A stretch of DNA of 64,000 bases from Marsupella aquatica (Eukaryota > Plantae > Marchantiophyta): assembly GCA_973895155.1 (NCBI GenBank), contig OZ316891.1, forward strand, positions 6,481,708-6,545,707, written 5' to 3'. Every line of letters begins with the position of its first letter. Within the stretch, counting starts at the first letter, position 1. Of the stretch, positions 25,831 through 38,429 are shown in pieces. The position numbers were made by a program, and so were the translations under genes. Under the pieces are notes generated by a model. That model made no database searches and had not been told where the DNA came from. It worked only from the letters and a program-made list of their open reading frames with translations.

Positions 25831-28800
25831 AGGGTGAGTAACAAGCCCAAACTCTAAGCACTCTCGTAAAAAAATTGCAGAAACAAAGAAAATGGCAAAA
25901 AAGTGGCCAAAAATACTACCTGTTTTTTGACAAAATAATAAAACAAACTGAAAGTATTAAAATGACACACTTTTTGCACCATCTCCTAATTACAAAATGA
26001 TCTCAACTTACTTTTGATAAAATTACTACCTATAATTTTACTATGCCATTTTAGCAATTTTTACCAAAACATGATTTGTATTTTTAACAAACAATCAAAT
26101 TACCTCCATAATTCATTAGACTTGGGAAAAATTCAAATTCATAAAATATGATCTCTTTATGACTCTCCAACATGCGCCCCTTCACTCTTTGAGGAAGACT
26201 TTTCAATGGAAGATGATATCTCCACAAATTCACCACCTACGCTTCCAGATGTACCTGTTCTGATCCAAATCAGATCACTCAATGGCTCCTCTTTTACTCT
26301 CAACCTGGCTCTCAACATGCCTGAGTTTGATTTGTTAGGCAACATCTGAATTTCACAAACATATTGACCCAACAGGGCTCCCCCAACCTCTTCTTGGGGA
26401 CCTCTTCCAAATTCTTATTCTTCCCCTTCAAGTTAATTTCTTGATATTGATTGGCTTCCAATCTCAGCCAAATGATGCAAGTGTGCCCGGGTGACCTTCT
26501 TGTGATGATCCTTTCCTTGCTGGAATTATTTGCAGCCTCAGTAGGTCTTCTTGTGTCCCCGCTTGTGTCAGCGCTCTTACACCTTCCTGGAATTTGAGAG
26601 ATGTCAGACGACCATATTCACTCTCTCCCCTTGGTGCTTGTTGCACGCTTGACCTTTCCAAAATGCACAAAAATCTGGTTTTGAGACAGGACTTAGTGTT
26701 TTTAGAAACTTGTTACAATCGGTCTTCATGAATTCATGAGTCCGCTTTCTCAACTGTCCACTATCTTGAAGACCCTTGAGTCGGACACCCAAATTAACAC
26801 TAGTCTCAACCACATGGGATAGAACTTAACGCCCGGGGAGGCTAGTGCTCTCAAATGAGTGAGAAGAACTTAATGTAGACAAAACACACAAAAGAGCAAA
26901 AACCTTTTAACTTGAAACAAATGAAATAACATGTTTTCATGAATAGAGGACGCCTATTTGTACTTAATTGGTCCTTTCTCTAATTTAAATGAATAAGAAA
27001 TGCTTAAATCATTTTTCAATAATTAAGCCAATCCTTTCATGACATAGATGAACAAGTCAAGGAAAAAGTTGAAAAAATTATATTTCCAAAAGTTTTTTAT
27101 GACACAACACTTTATTAATTAGTCTTCTTGGCTACTAGGTGGTATCTTAGTCCTTTGACTTTTTGGCTTGTTGGGCAACTTAGGGCTTCTTTGGGCCTTT
27201 TCCCTTCCCCATACCTCCCTTTACTAGATTGCTCAATTATTAATCTCACAATATTGTTTGGACTACGCAATCCAGTTTACTTGGAGAAATAAATCATTTT
27301 TAGGTTTGCATTCCCATGTTTCATGAGGATAAAATTGGCAGTAAAAACCCATATGTTTTTGCCCAGCAGTAAAAACCCATATGTTTTTGCCCACCAGTAA
27401 AAACCCATATGTTTTTGCCCACCAAGATACGTACTTCCATGACTCATGATTGGAGAGTTTGTCTTGTTGACCTACTGTTTCCATATGCTTTTTGGAATAT
27501 TGGCATTTGGAGCACTTTTTGCTTTTATTTCACCATATTTTTTGCATTTCTTGAGATTGAGTGGTTTGTCTTTATCCCCTTTTCTTTCACTTTTGAAGTC
27601 TTTCTTTTGGCTATTCTGGAGATTCTCTCCCTAAGATACCTTATTCTCTTTCATGAATTCATGAAGGGGCTACCACCTGGGAAACTGAGAAACCAAAAGC
27701 TTCATGAATTCATGAAGCCCAAAACTGGTTGTGACAAAATTCAAAGGGCAAAGACTGTGTTGCAAGCTCAATGACCTACAAAGGGCGAGGGTAGCCAATT
27801 GGCTATGGCAAAGGAGGCTGCGGCCTGGAGAGGGCTATTGGCCCTCACTTAAGCTCAAGTCGCATCAAGGTGCTGTCATCAGCTGCCGATTGAGGTCAGG
27901 CCTAATTTATGGTCTGGGAACGACTGCTAATCTCTGCTGTCGCCTTCAAAATCCTGAAGCTGAAATTTTGAATTCCTGGTTTGATGTTGATGCTTTGATT
28001 GCTGGATTTCACCTGAGTGTTGGACTTTGATTTCTCAGATTTGGTTATTGAATGAGCTTCTACTGTGATTGACTGCTGCTTGAATTAGCTGTGGTAGACT
28101 CTGATTAAATGAGACAGATTCCAATTAGGGGAGATAGCCACAAAGGATCAGGGATAATTTGTGAAAAATTGAGCTTGAGAGCTAGATCTCAATCGAGCAG
28201 ACCTAAGGATTGAAGGGGGAGCGAGTGGAGGATGGGAGAGGGAGCAAGGGAGATTGGAATGGGATTGATAAGGATTGGAAGGGGATTGGAAGGGGGGCCA
28301 TTTAGGGATTGGAGGAGGGTGGACAATCGACCGTCAGGGGAACGATCAACCATCAGAGGGGGATGGAGCACCGGAGGAGGGCAGTCGAGCATCAAGGGGA
28401 TGATCAAACATTGGAGGGGGAGCGGTAAAGATCGGGGGGAGGGTTTAGGATTGGGGAAGGGTTTCACTAATCAGGGACCGGGGGAGGGCCGATCGGGAAT
28501 CAAGATTGATCCAGGGAGGATTAAGGGTTGACCAGGCCTGGTCTAGGTCAAAAATGAGTCCAAGGTGGGTGGATTGGGAGCAGAAGCAAAGAGAACTATC
28601 GAGCTTGGGGGAACTAACTGGAGGGAGCTAGGAGGATCAGGTAGCTTCTTTCAGGTGAGAACCCGGCTTCATGATTTCATGAAGCCAGGTGGCTGCCCAA
28701 ATCAAACTCGATGTACATTTCGATGTACAAGAGTGATCAAGAGACTGAGGAGGACGTGAAGCGCACCAGAGTAGAGGGTGCAACAGAAGATGTAACTATT

Positions 28801-29178
28801 GAGCTAGCTCGGATTGAAGCAAGGATCTTCTAGAAGTGGAGAGGAGGTTAGAGAAGCCTTAGATTAGTTGAGTTGCATTGTATTTAGAGATTTAGTGGAC
28901 TTAGATGCACACCTACAATGGATAGTGGCATTCTACTTAAGATTTTGAGTTTGCACAAACTCAGATCAAAGACCGTAAATTTTATGTTTGTAATTAAGTA
29001 TGGATTTGTTGTTTTTGGTAATTGTGAAAATGATGTTGAAAATATCCCAAGATTTTCATTGAAAGAATTATAATAGCAAAGTTCACAAAACATGTTTCAT
29101 TTTTATATGTTTTTTTAAAGCACTTTTGGAAAAATCATGAAAATCTTGAAAAAGGAATTCGGGCCTTGGACTCATCCC
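25831..29178. mobile_element. Possible non-autonomous TIR element flanked by TTAA
   Basis: TTAA|AGGGTGAGTAACAAGCCC ... GGGCCTTGGACTCATCCC|TTAA imperfect inverted termini. No transposase seen inside. Confidence 0.45.
27339..27422 (+). repeat. Tandem repeat, 3 x 28 bp
   Basis: Unit CAGTAAAAACCCATATGTTTTTGCCCA(G/C). Confidence 0.9.
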
Positions 29179-30364
29179 TTAAGGCTCCATGTTCATATTG
29201 GACAAAAATTCATGTCATTCAATAGATTTGTTGAATGAAACCCTAAAGAGACATTCTATACCTAACAAATCTAATTGACATTCATACAAGATACATCCTT
29301 AAGTTCCGCAATAATTATTCAACTCAATGCAAATTTATGAAGCAAAATGACATTGAAAAAAAGCATACACGTAATATTATTAGATGTATAATTGTCAAGT
29401 GCTACAATTTGAAATATCAACAACTCTTAATATCTGTAGAAAAATAGAGTTGTCATTCTCATTCTACAAACCTATTTCTATCATGTCTATTGCTTCTTGG
29501 CTCATGGCTGCTTATACTACTGTTTGGCTGTTTCTATTGTTTCTTGAGCAATCTAAAGTTCCACAGGGCACTCATCCCCTTCACATCAGATAACTTAGAC
29601 TAGTTCTCCCCTGCATTAGCAAATGATAATGCCACATCTACAAACACTTCAATCACAATGTCAATACTGTTAATTGTGTCACACTACAACACTACCCACA
29701 CCTTTTGCGAACTTGAAAGCATCGCAAACAACAAAGGAAATCAAAAAACAAAACTTGCCTTTGCGAAGTATCGCGCATCGCAATAGAATCGCAAACTGCG
29801 AAGCCCAAAGGTTCGCATCCGGTCTTTCGCAAGACCTTCGCAACGCCTTCGCAACTTGCGACACTAATAGAATCGCAAAGGACTCACATTTAAGCGACTC
29901 CGTGGGCGTCGCGAGAGGCTTGCGATAATAATCAAGCAGTTAAATATTTGCAATCCCAAAAGTTTGGTAATCGGTTTGCGATATTAAGTTAATGGTAGTT
30001 ATGCCATGAACATGGCTTCACATTTATGTGAACGTATGTGGTTTGCATAATGTTTGCGATACCTTCAATATGGTAAATATGCGAATTGGGTTGTTCGCAT
30101 AGGTTTCGCAAGATGTCTTGAGGCTAGGGTTTAGATTTAGAGTTTTGAATTATGGTTGGGTTCTTGTCGTCCAACACGGAGAATGAGGTCTGAATCAAAA
30201 TTGCTTTATAGAAAATTGATAGGTACACAAAAATTAGGGTTTCCTAAACCCTAAACCCTAGATGGGTGTCATATGACAAGCTAGGTCCCTATAAGACTAC
30301 CCATATCAAAACTATATACTACACTAAGTAAATAGGCATCCCATAGGCACTACACCACCAAGCT

Positions 30365-32341
30365 CTAGAATGGGGTCCTCCTACTCCTTGTCGCCGGCCT
30401 CTTCCCCTTGTCCCTCTTGCGACGATCCGGACGTGGCACAGGAGGTGGTGCTGGCTGCTCCTCCACATCTGGTTCCTCCTCGTCCTCGTCCTCATCCTCT
30501 TCCTCCCCCTCCTGCTGGGAAACTCCTCCTACTGGTCCAGATCCACTACTCCCTCCTACCTTGGGCCCCTTTGTCGTGGTCCCCTCATTGTTCTCATCGG
30601 TGCTGCTGGTATCACTGGCATCCTCATCATCCTGTTTGCACAGCACAACGCCAAATTGGTTTAGGTTTACGGAATGAAAAGATAAGTGGATTGGGTGGGA
30701 AAAACTGAAGGGGATACATGCACTTACAGTCGCCAACTCTGCGTCAACCAAGTCAAAGAGATGTTTGGCTCCATGCGCAGCTCCTATCTCCATCTCTTTT
30801 GCTGTTATCTTCCTGCGGTACCTCTTATACTACCACAACCAAACATTCCAAAACCAAAATAGATCGAGGTTAATATGCTATAAACCCAAGAAAAATGCAT
30901 GGAGGTGCTAATAGGGTGCCCCCTAACACAAAACTGGGCTCAATAACCCTTAGCGGTTTTTTTAAAACATAATACACACTTGCGAAACTCCCCACTTCGC
31001 AAATTCAAATAAATTGGCTGTTTGCGAAGTAGTTTGCAAAGCGAGTTATTTCGCAATAGCTTCGCATTTACAACTTTAAAAAATGCCATGATAGACTTTG
31101 CGAAACATTTGCGAAGCAACCCGCATCGCAAAAACTTCGCAAACTCTGTTTTTAAAAAATTCCGAGAAATCTCTAAGGCACGCAATGTGTCAGGGTGACC
31201 TAAAGTACAAGACAGGCCGTAAGAAAGAAACAAGAGGTATGCAGGGGGGGCATTGCAGGTTTGGATAGCAATTGAAAGCAAGGAAACAGAAGCAGGGGAG
31301 GAGAGGAGAGGGCCCACTCACAAAGTGTGCTTTGAGGCCGGGAAGTCCACCTTGGCCCATCTTGTGCGTGGTCTTGGGCCGTTTGCTGACTCGCTCAGCT
31401 GCAAGGATGAATTTTTGGGGTGGTGCACCCACTTCATCCACAATGTGCTGCATGTGAGACACTTTCTCAGCCATTGCCTTGAGCTCTCGGTCGGACTTCC
31501 CGGCCTTCTGTGCCTTGGCTTCCATCTCCTTCCAGAAGAGAAGGTTCCTGGAAGCTCTCATCTGCACCTCCACTTTGTAAAAGGCATTCCACACGTCCTC
31601 AGTGAATTGCAGTGGCCTCCTCACGTTTCTGTACTCCTCCAAGTTTGCCAGGTAGGCCCTTACCTTCTTCCTATCATGGTACCGTGCTTGAGACATTGAA
31701 TTGGAAATTCTATCTGCAAGCCACTGTTCATCAATCTCTGCTCCATTTTGAAATGAATCTTTGATTTGACTCATTACTTTCTTCTGGTCTGCCTTGCTGA
31801 GTTTCCCCCACTCAACTCCTCGTGCAAAATTGGAGCGCACCATAAGCCTGATAGTGCTCTTTGCCCCGGTGTAGGCCAGTTCAGTAGGAATGCCTTTGAT
31901 CAAGGCAATCATAGGCAGCTTCTTCCTCTCTTCCTCCTTCTTTCGCTGCTCCTCCCGCTGTGCTCTTATCTCATCTCGTTCCTCTCTCCTCCTCTTCTTT
32001 TCTAGGGCAACAGGTGAGACTACTCCTGCCTTGGCCCTCTCCTCCTTCTTACGCTTCTTCTCTCTTGCCTTCTATTGAGCTGCACTCCTTTGCTCCTCCT
32101 CCCTTGCAATGTTCCCTACATCTACTCCCGTTTGCAAGGCTTGCCCAAGGATTGCACTCAAAGAAGCAATCCCTGCTGGTGTAGTCAAATCTAAGTGGCT
32201 CAACTGTGCTGCATTGAGGTGCTCAGCCATCAAATCGGTCCATCGATTCCTCTCCTGCTCCCCATTGCCTTCATTCCCATTGCCACTCTCACTCACCCCT
32301 GTCCTATCACCTCCATTTGCTCCACTGGAATCCATAGCCAA
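30365..32341 (-). pseudogene. CACTA ORF2 / TnpA-like (Ptta/En/Spm-type) protein. Exons ~32341-31322, 30829-30728, 30631-30365; one in-frame TAG at 32072-32074
   Basis: The pattern W-x-K-L...KK...I-x-x-x-F...W-L...P-L-Q-F-T-E-D-V-W-N-A-F...H-K-M-G-Q-G-G is typical of CACTA second ORFs. Phase-0 GT-AG introns; acidic then basic (NLS-like) C-terminus. ORFs 32072-32341 and 31190-31912 are in the same frame across the stop. Confidence 0.75.
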
Positions 32342-33610
32342 GCCACCCCCCGAGCGCGCGTGAGCTCCCTTCTCCCTCCCTACGCTTGAAATTTGTCAAA
32401 TGCCGCTGAGTACGCCGCGGCCGAGTGCAAAAGTACAAGCGGGAAAGACTTGCGAAGCAACCCGTTTCGCATATAGTTTCTCAATTTTGCAAAACCATTG
32501 CGACGTGAAAGGCTTCGCAACACCTTCGCTCTCTCGCAGAAATGCTCTCGGGCTCTGTTTTTCTGAAGGTCTTGCGAAAGCAATAGCTTCGCAAACTTCA
32601 ATTCTAATTTGTGATGGTATTTGCGAAGGAAGCGGCTTCGCAAGACATTGGCAACTCGTCCTGGGGGAATGTTGGTTTCATTTGAAAGGGTTTTTTTCAA
32701 AGGTGAAGTGGACCCCTCTATACTCATATTTGGAATGCTTTTTGGCCATGTTTTGGGTGTTAGATAATAGTTGAAGGCGGGTTTGAAGGGTTAGGCAGAT
32801 TTCAGGTTAATGGGTTATGTATGGTGTTGGTTTAGGCTAAGGTTTGGGTTTACATTAGTTTAGAAGAAATAATAAAGGTGTGGGATTTGGTTTACAAGAA
32901 ATAAGTAAGGTTTGGGTTTAGGGTTTTAGGGTTTGGGGTTTTTTAATAGAAAGGTCTCTAGGGTTGAAGAAAGGTTTGGGTTTGTGTGTAAGTCAGATTT
33001 AGGTTTAATAGGTAGGATGCGGTTTGGGGTTGAAGGTTTGGATAAGACAAAGCAAGGTTTCATGAGATTTATATTGCAACCTTTTGGGTTTAAGAGAGGT
33101 TCATTGGGTTTATGAATCAAAAGGGGATTGGCATGGGTTTTGCTAACAAAGGAGGGGAATATATGATAGCTTGCAAGGTGCGGCACTTTTTGATGATTTG
33201 ATACTATTGCATATGCATTGTGAGAGCCCGGGCATCTGAAAGGTAAACATTGCATGATCGGCTAAAGTGTTCCTTTCATGTACTTAACACTTTTGGTTGC
33301 CACTATGTATAAAGGGGACATGTATATAGGGTTTTTTGTTCTTGTCTGGTCTAGATTATTGTGCTTACATATACATGGAATGGTTGCAGCTTTTCCCTCA
33401 TACTTTCAGATTGGGTTCATTAATTATCTTAGAGCCACAAGAGATATTGGCACTGCTGAGCCCGGGTCTCATAAAGGTACCTTTTTTATTGCTATGGTCA
33501 TTTTGGTTTGGGTTTCTTGTCATCATTATTTGGGAACTTTGATTTATATCATTTTGTGGTATGTTTTGGTCATAACATGCCCATTTTAATTATATCTTGT
33601 TACAGGGGAT

Positions 33611-36600
33611 ATGTCTTCATCTTTTGAAATCTCCACCACAGACTCGTCCTCCTCTAATGAAGATACACCACCTCCACCTCAACATCACACGACCGCACCT
33701 CCTCCTCGCGGTCCACCCCGTCAACTTTGTGAATGTTCCAGATGTGTGGGTCAGGTTTCCCAAAAATCTTACATATGTGCCCAACATATTGAGAGATATG
33801 GGCGTTGTGGACGTCATACGGCAGGGGCTTCTTCATCTCATATGGTAAGTGTTATGCCTTAGTTTTCCTACCCTATTCCCATTACTCAATGGTTGAAGGT
33901 TTGCAATTTCACACCTACTTTTGTTTGTTTTGGTTTCGGTGGAATAGGTATCCAATAGGCCTAGACCTGCGGCACAAGCACCCTATGTCCCATCACAAGG
34001 TGTTCTAGATGCTATAGGCAATGCATTCTCAAAAGCCTTGGGTCTAGCGGCAAGGCCCACCAGTCCTAGGGAAGTTGGGGTTGAGGCTATTGTCCCAAGA
34101 GGGAGAAAGCGTTCCAAGAGGCGGGCCCGAGGGGATACTGATTTGTACAAGGCAGTGGTTACGGGTCGGTGGGGTGATTGTGAGTTCACTAGCAGATGTG
34201 TCCCTATCATCAAGGACTGGGATCCTGAGACTCTTGGTTTGCCACAACAGCTTTCCTACGGTGCGGAGGTAGAGGTTTGGGGTAGACGTTGGGTTATCAA
34301 ACCTTCCACACTTGGGGATAGACATGGCTATGGAGTTTTTGCCTGTGAGGACATCATTGTGGACGTCGAGAGTGGTAGAGGTGGACGCGGCCGAGAGGGG
34401 CCTACTTTGTTTCCTTATGGTGGACCCATCTACAAGAGAAGACATTGGAACATGATCCTTGCACAACACCCTGAGTGGAAGACTTATGCATTGGACATGG
34501 ATACTTTTGATGGTAACACTAGAAGGTATAGTGAGCAGCGTGTCATAGATGGGGACCCCATACGGACTGGGAATATTGCTAGTTTCATAAACAGTACCGT
34601 GGGGACTCGCCCTAAGCGTAGGCAAAATTGTGAGTGGGTTTTCATTGAGGTCCTCCGCCAGCACCTTATGGCCAGACATATCATCATGACCATTGCCTAG
34701 TTGTAGCAACAAGGACCATTAACTCAGGGGATGAGTTATTTACTCACTATGAGTGGGATTAGGGTTAAGTTAAGGGTCATAGGTGGTATGTTGCATATCA
34801 AAGGGCACTACATATGGCCTTTGGCCACATTTTGTATTTGCACCACAACCAATATTATTTCATTTTTGCACACCCCTAGCCCATTTTTGTGTGTGTTCTC
34901 TTTGCAATATAACTTTCAATTGTTTGCTTTGTTTTTAGAATGTGCGACCCTCTCCAAATATGTTACCACGGAGATTGAGAGCAACATATCGAGAAATGGG
35001 TATGCCAGAAGAAGGACATGGATCAGAGTCACACTCCTCATCAAGTGCTAGTGGAAGCAGTAACCCTGATGAAGAGGTACCTCGGACGGATGAACAAGTA
35101 ACTGATGACCAGGATAGAGCCATGGATGACTTTATGGTTGATTGGTTTGGTGCCAACAACCTTGGTGATGACCTTCCCAATGAAGGGCAGGTGCCCCCCA
35201 ATGATCCACGCCCAAGGCATACCCCTGAGGGACAACGCCAATGGGAAGAAGCAGAGGAACATGCCCGAACACCTATCTATGAGGGTGCTCGTTTGAGTCG
35301 TCTTTCAGCCATCTTGGGGTTGATGAACCTACAGGCCAAACACAATGCAAGCAATGCCTTGTTATCTGATATGTTTGCACTTTGCCATGACCTTATGTTG
35401 CCCACTGAGAATGTGTTGCCAGCAACTTGGAAGGAGGCAAAGAGTGTTCTCTCATCTATTGGCATGGAATATCATATTGTTCATGCATGTGTGAATGATT
35501 GCATGTTATTTCATGGGGCCAATGCAAACATGACACAATGTACAACATGTGATGAGCCTCGCTATGACCCCAACATGCTAACAAAGAAGGTGCCAAGGAA
35601 GGCTGTTCGTTGGTTTCCCATCATTCCTCGGTTGTTGCACATGTATCGGTGTTCTGACTTGGCAGAGTTGATGGTATGGCATAAGATTCATCGACCAGAG
35701 TCTGGTGTCATGCGGTTGCCAGTTGACTCCCCTGCTCACAAACATATTGAGGCAACATGGCCAGACTTTGCACATGATCCTCGCCATGTGAGGCTAGGAT
35801 TGGCATCTGATGGAGTTAGCCCTCATTCACTTGGAGGAAAGGGGCAACCTACATCAGTTTGGCCTGTGGTTGTCATGAATTATAACCTCCCACCATGGCT
35901 ATCCATGAAGAAGGGGTTCCTTTTATTGTCTTTGATTATCCCAGGTCCAAAAAAGGTGAAGAACTTTGACACTTACTTGGCACTATTGGTTGGAGAACTT
36001 CAAAAATTATGGAATGGAGTGTGGGCATATGATGGCAGGAAAATTACAGGAGGTTTTCCACGTGTCTTTCAATTGAGAGGGATCATTTGTTGGACAATGC
36101 ATGACTATCCTGGTAAGATGACTTCCATGCCATTTGCAACCCTTCAATAATGTGTAGTTCCTATTGATGTTTCTCATGTGACAACCCTAACATAAAGTTT
36201 GCATGGTTTGATTTCTTCTATGTAAGCAGGGTTTGGTTTTGTCTCTGGATTGCAAACTCAGGGGTACAAAGCTTGCTCTACTTGTGGCCCAAGCTTAGAG
36301 GACATGGCCACATATTGTTCATGGATTAGAAAGATTGTTTATATTGGGCATACAAAGTTTCTTCCCATGGGGCATGAGATGAGGTTTGACCCACTTCTAT
36401 TCTCCTCCTTTGACATGCCATTTGGTGATGAGCGTGAAATTCCTGACGCAACAAGTTTTGCACATTGGAAGTCACTAGCTAATAGGGTGGCAGACCCAAA
36501 TGATTCCTTCACCTTTGATAGGACAGGTTTGACCAGGTGGAGTATACTAGCCACTTTGCCCTATTGGTCTGAGTTGAAGATCCACCATCTTTTAGACCCC

Positions 36601-38429
36601 ATGCACATAGAGGGAAATGTGGGGAAGGCTTTGATAAAGCATTTTTATGGGGAGAAGGACACTAATTTTAGGGAGGCATGCGAGGAGATGGAAATGCATC
36701 CAGATGTTTGGGTGACAATTGATCCTATCACAGGTGTGGAGAATCGTCCTTCTGCTCCTTGGGTGTTGAGTGTTGGCCAAAGACGTGAATTTCGGAACCG
36801 TATAGGAGAGATGCGGTTTCCTACAGGCTATGGTGCCAACCTTCGAAAAGCTTTTGGGATGGAGGACAATCACAAGTGGCCACGATATCTGAAGACACAT
36901 GACTATCATCGCCTATTGCAGCATATATTGCCAGTGGCAATTATAGGTATAGGGAGTGAAGAAGTGCAAGATGCCATCTGGTCATTGGGTCGTTTGTTGA
37001 GATGGATATGCTCAAAGGAGATATATGTAGAAGAGATCCCTGGGATGGAGGTATTGGCAGTTGAGGTGGTATGCAAGTTGGAGAAAGCCCTTCCTCCTTC
37101 CTTCTTTGATTGTCAGGTTCATTTACTTGTGCATCTTGTGCGGGAGGTTGCCATTGCAGGTCCAGTGCATTGTAGATGGATGTATTGGCTTGAGCGTTAC
37201 ATGGCGATGTTGAAGGCTTATGTACGTAACCGTGCACGGGTGGAGGGAAGCATAGCTACAGGATACTTGGCAGCATAGAGTATGTTTTATTGTAGTAACA
37301 TCTTGGCCACCATTGATCCTACTTGTCCACGTACTTGGATGGAGGAAAGAGAAGAGGAGGAGGACCGTTTAACAGGTGCCACAAAAACAAGCATGTTGAC
37401 ATCAACAGAGTGGTCACAGTTGACAACATTTATGTTGAGTAATAGTAATATCATGGAGAAATGGAGAGAGTTTTATGAGAATGCCAAGAGAACAAGTCAA
37501 AGAGCAAGAATTTTTCCTAAGATGCATGAGTATATGAAGCAAAAGTTGCTTGAGTTGGATGACATGGTGACACAAGGAGGAGATGTGTCCCACTTTCCTA
37601 CCATCACAGATGACGTTCGGACCATTGTTCATGGCCCTTTGAGAGTGGTGACATCCAAGACGGCTATGTGGACACAAGGGAGACACTTCAGGTCCACTAG
37701 TACCTAACCTTTCTTCCTCTATTAATTCATGTAGACCTTATTTTGATTAGTTATTTCTATTGTTTAAAAACTTTCTATTATTATTAATGACATCTATAAC
37801 TGTAATGTTGGCTTCTATATTTATGCCATAGGCCATGTGGGTTTTGGCTATTTAGGGATGGGTGTCATATTTTGATGATTATTACATTAATGGTATCTTT
37901 TACAGTGTAATAAAAATTTGTGGGTTTTGTTAATTTTAGGGTTTCTTCCCTTGATGAGAAGAGGGGTCGTACTTTTGATTGTGGAGTTCAAGGGGAATTT
38001 TCTCAAGACTCCAGAAGCAGCCGCCATGACAGGAACATTGTTCGAGATGTTGTGCCACACTATGGGAAGATAGAGGAGATCTTGGTGGTATCATATGACA
38101 ACCATTCAAAGTTTGAGGAATATGTCTTCAAGTGCAAGTGGTTCAAAGTGAACCTTGTTGGTCAAAATTGCACTGTACTTCAAGATGAGAGTGGGTTTAC
38201 ACGGTTGAAGACAAGTGCCACTAGTGTTCAAGCATCTCATTGGCAAACGTCAGAACCATTTGCTTTCCCATCACACTTGGAGCAATGTTTCTACATTCCA
38301 TACCCCTTAGACATCGAGTGGTCAATTGTCATCACCTATGTGCCACGTTCTCGTTCCATTGTTTCTGAGAAGCCAGATGTTATTGTATCAGACCTAGATG
38401 ACCTTGAGGCCGATGAGGACCAAGTGTGA
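33611..38429 (+). pseudogene. CACTA TnpD-like transposase. Exons 33611-33844, 34939-36112, 36230-37691, 37940-38429; one nonsense codon at 37276-37278
   Basis: Exon 1 CECSRC...ICAQHIERYG resembles the transposase-associated Cys/His domain. Transposase_21 motifs HACVNDCMLF, RLGLASDG, YNLPPWL and DYPG..SG...GYKAC; DPMHIEGNV; DUF4218-like FFDCQVHLLVHL/GPVHCRWMY/RVEGSI; DUF4216-like HYGKIEEI/FKCKWF. Splice phases are consistent. Confidence 0.93.
33948..34762 (+). CDS. SET-domain (protein lysine methyltransferase-like) alternative terminal exon within transposase intron 1; one frameshift near 34649
   Basis: The four SET motifs occur in order: IKPS..GYGVFACEDI, PYGG, YAL...VIDG..GNIASFINS..NC, and, after a -1 shift, LVVATRTINSGDELFTHYEWD*. 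The acceptor AATAG|GTA at 33947/33948 is phase 0 with the exon 1 donor ATG|GTAAGT at 33844. Confidence 0.82.

Noticed and set aside
28189-28759. Gly-rich and Pro-rich ORFs
   Set aside because: By-products of a G-rich low-complexity tract.
34044-34712. 222-aa minus-strand ORF
   Set aside because: Antisense shadow of the SET exon; no motifs of its own.
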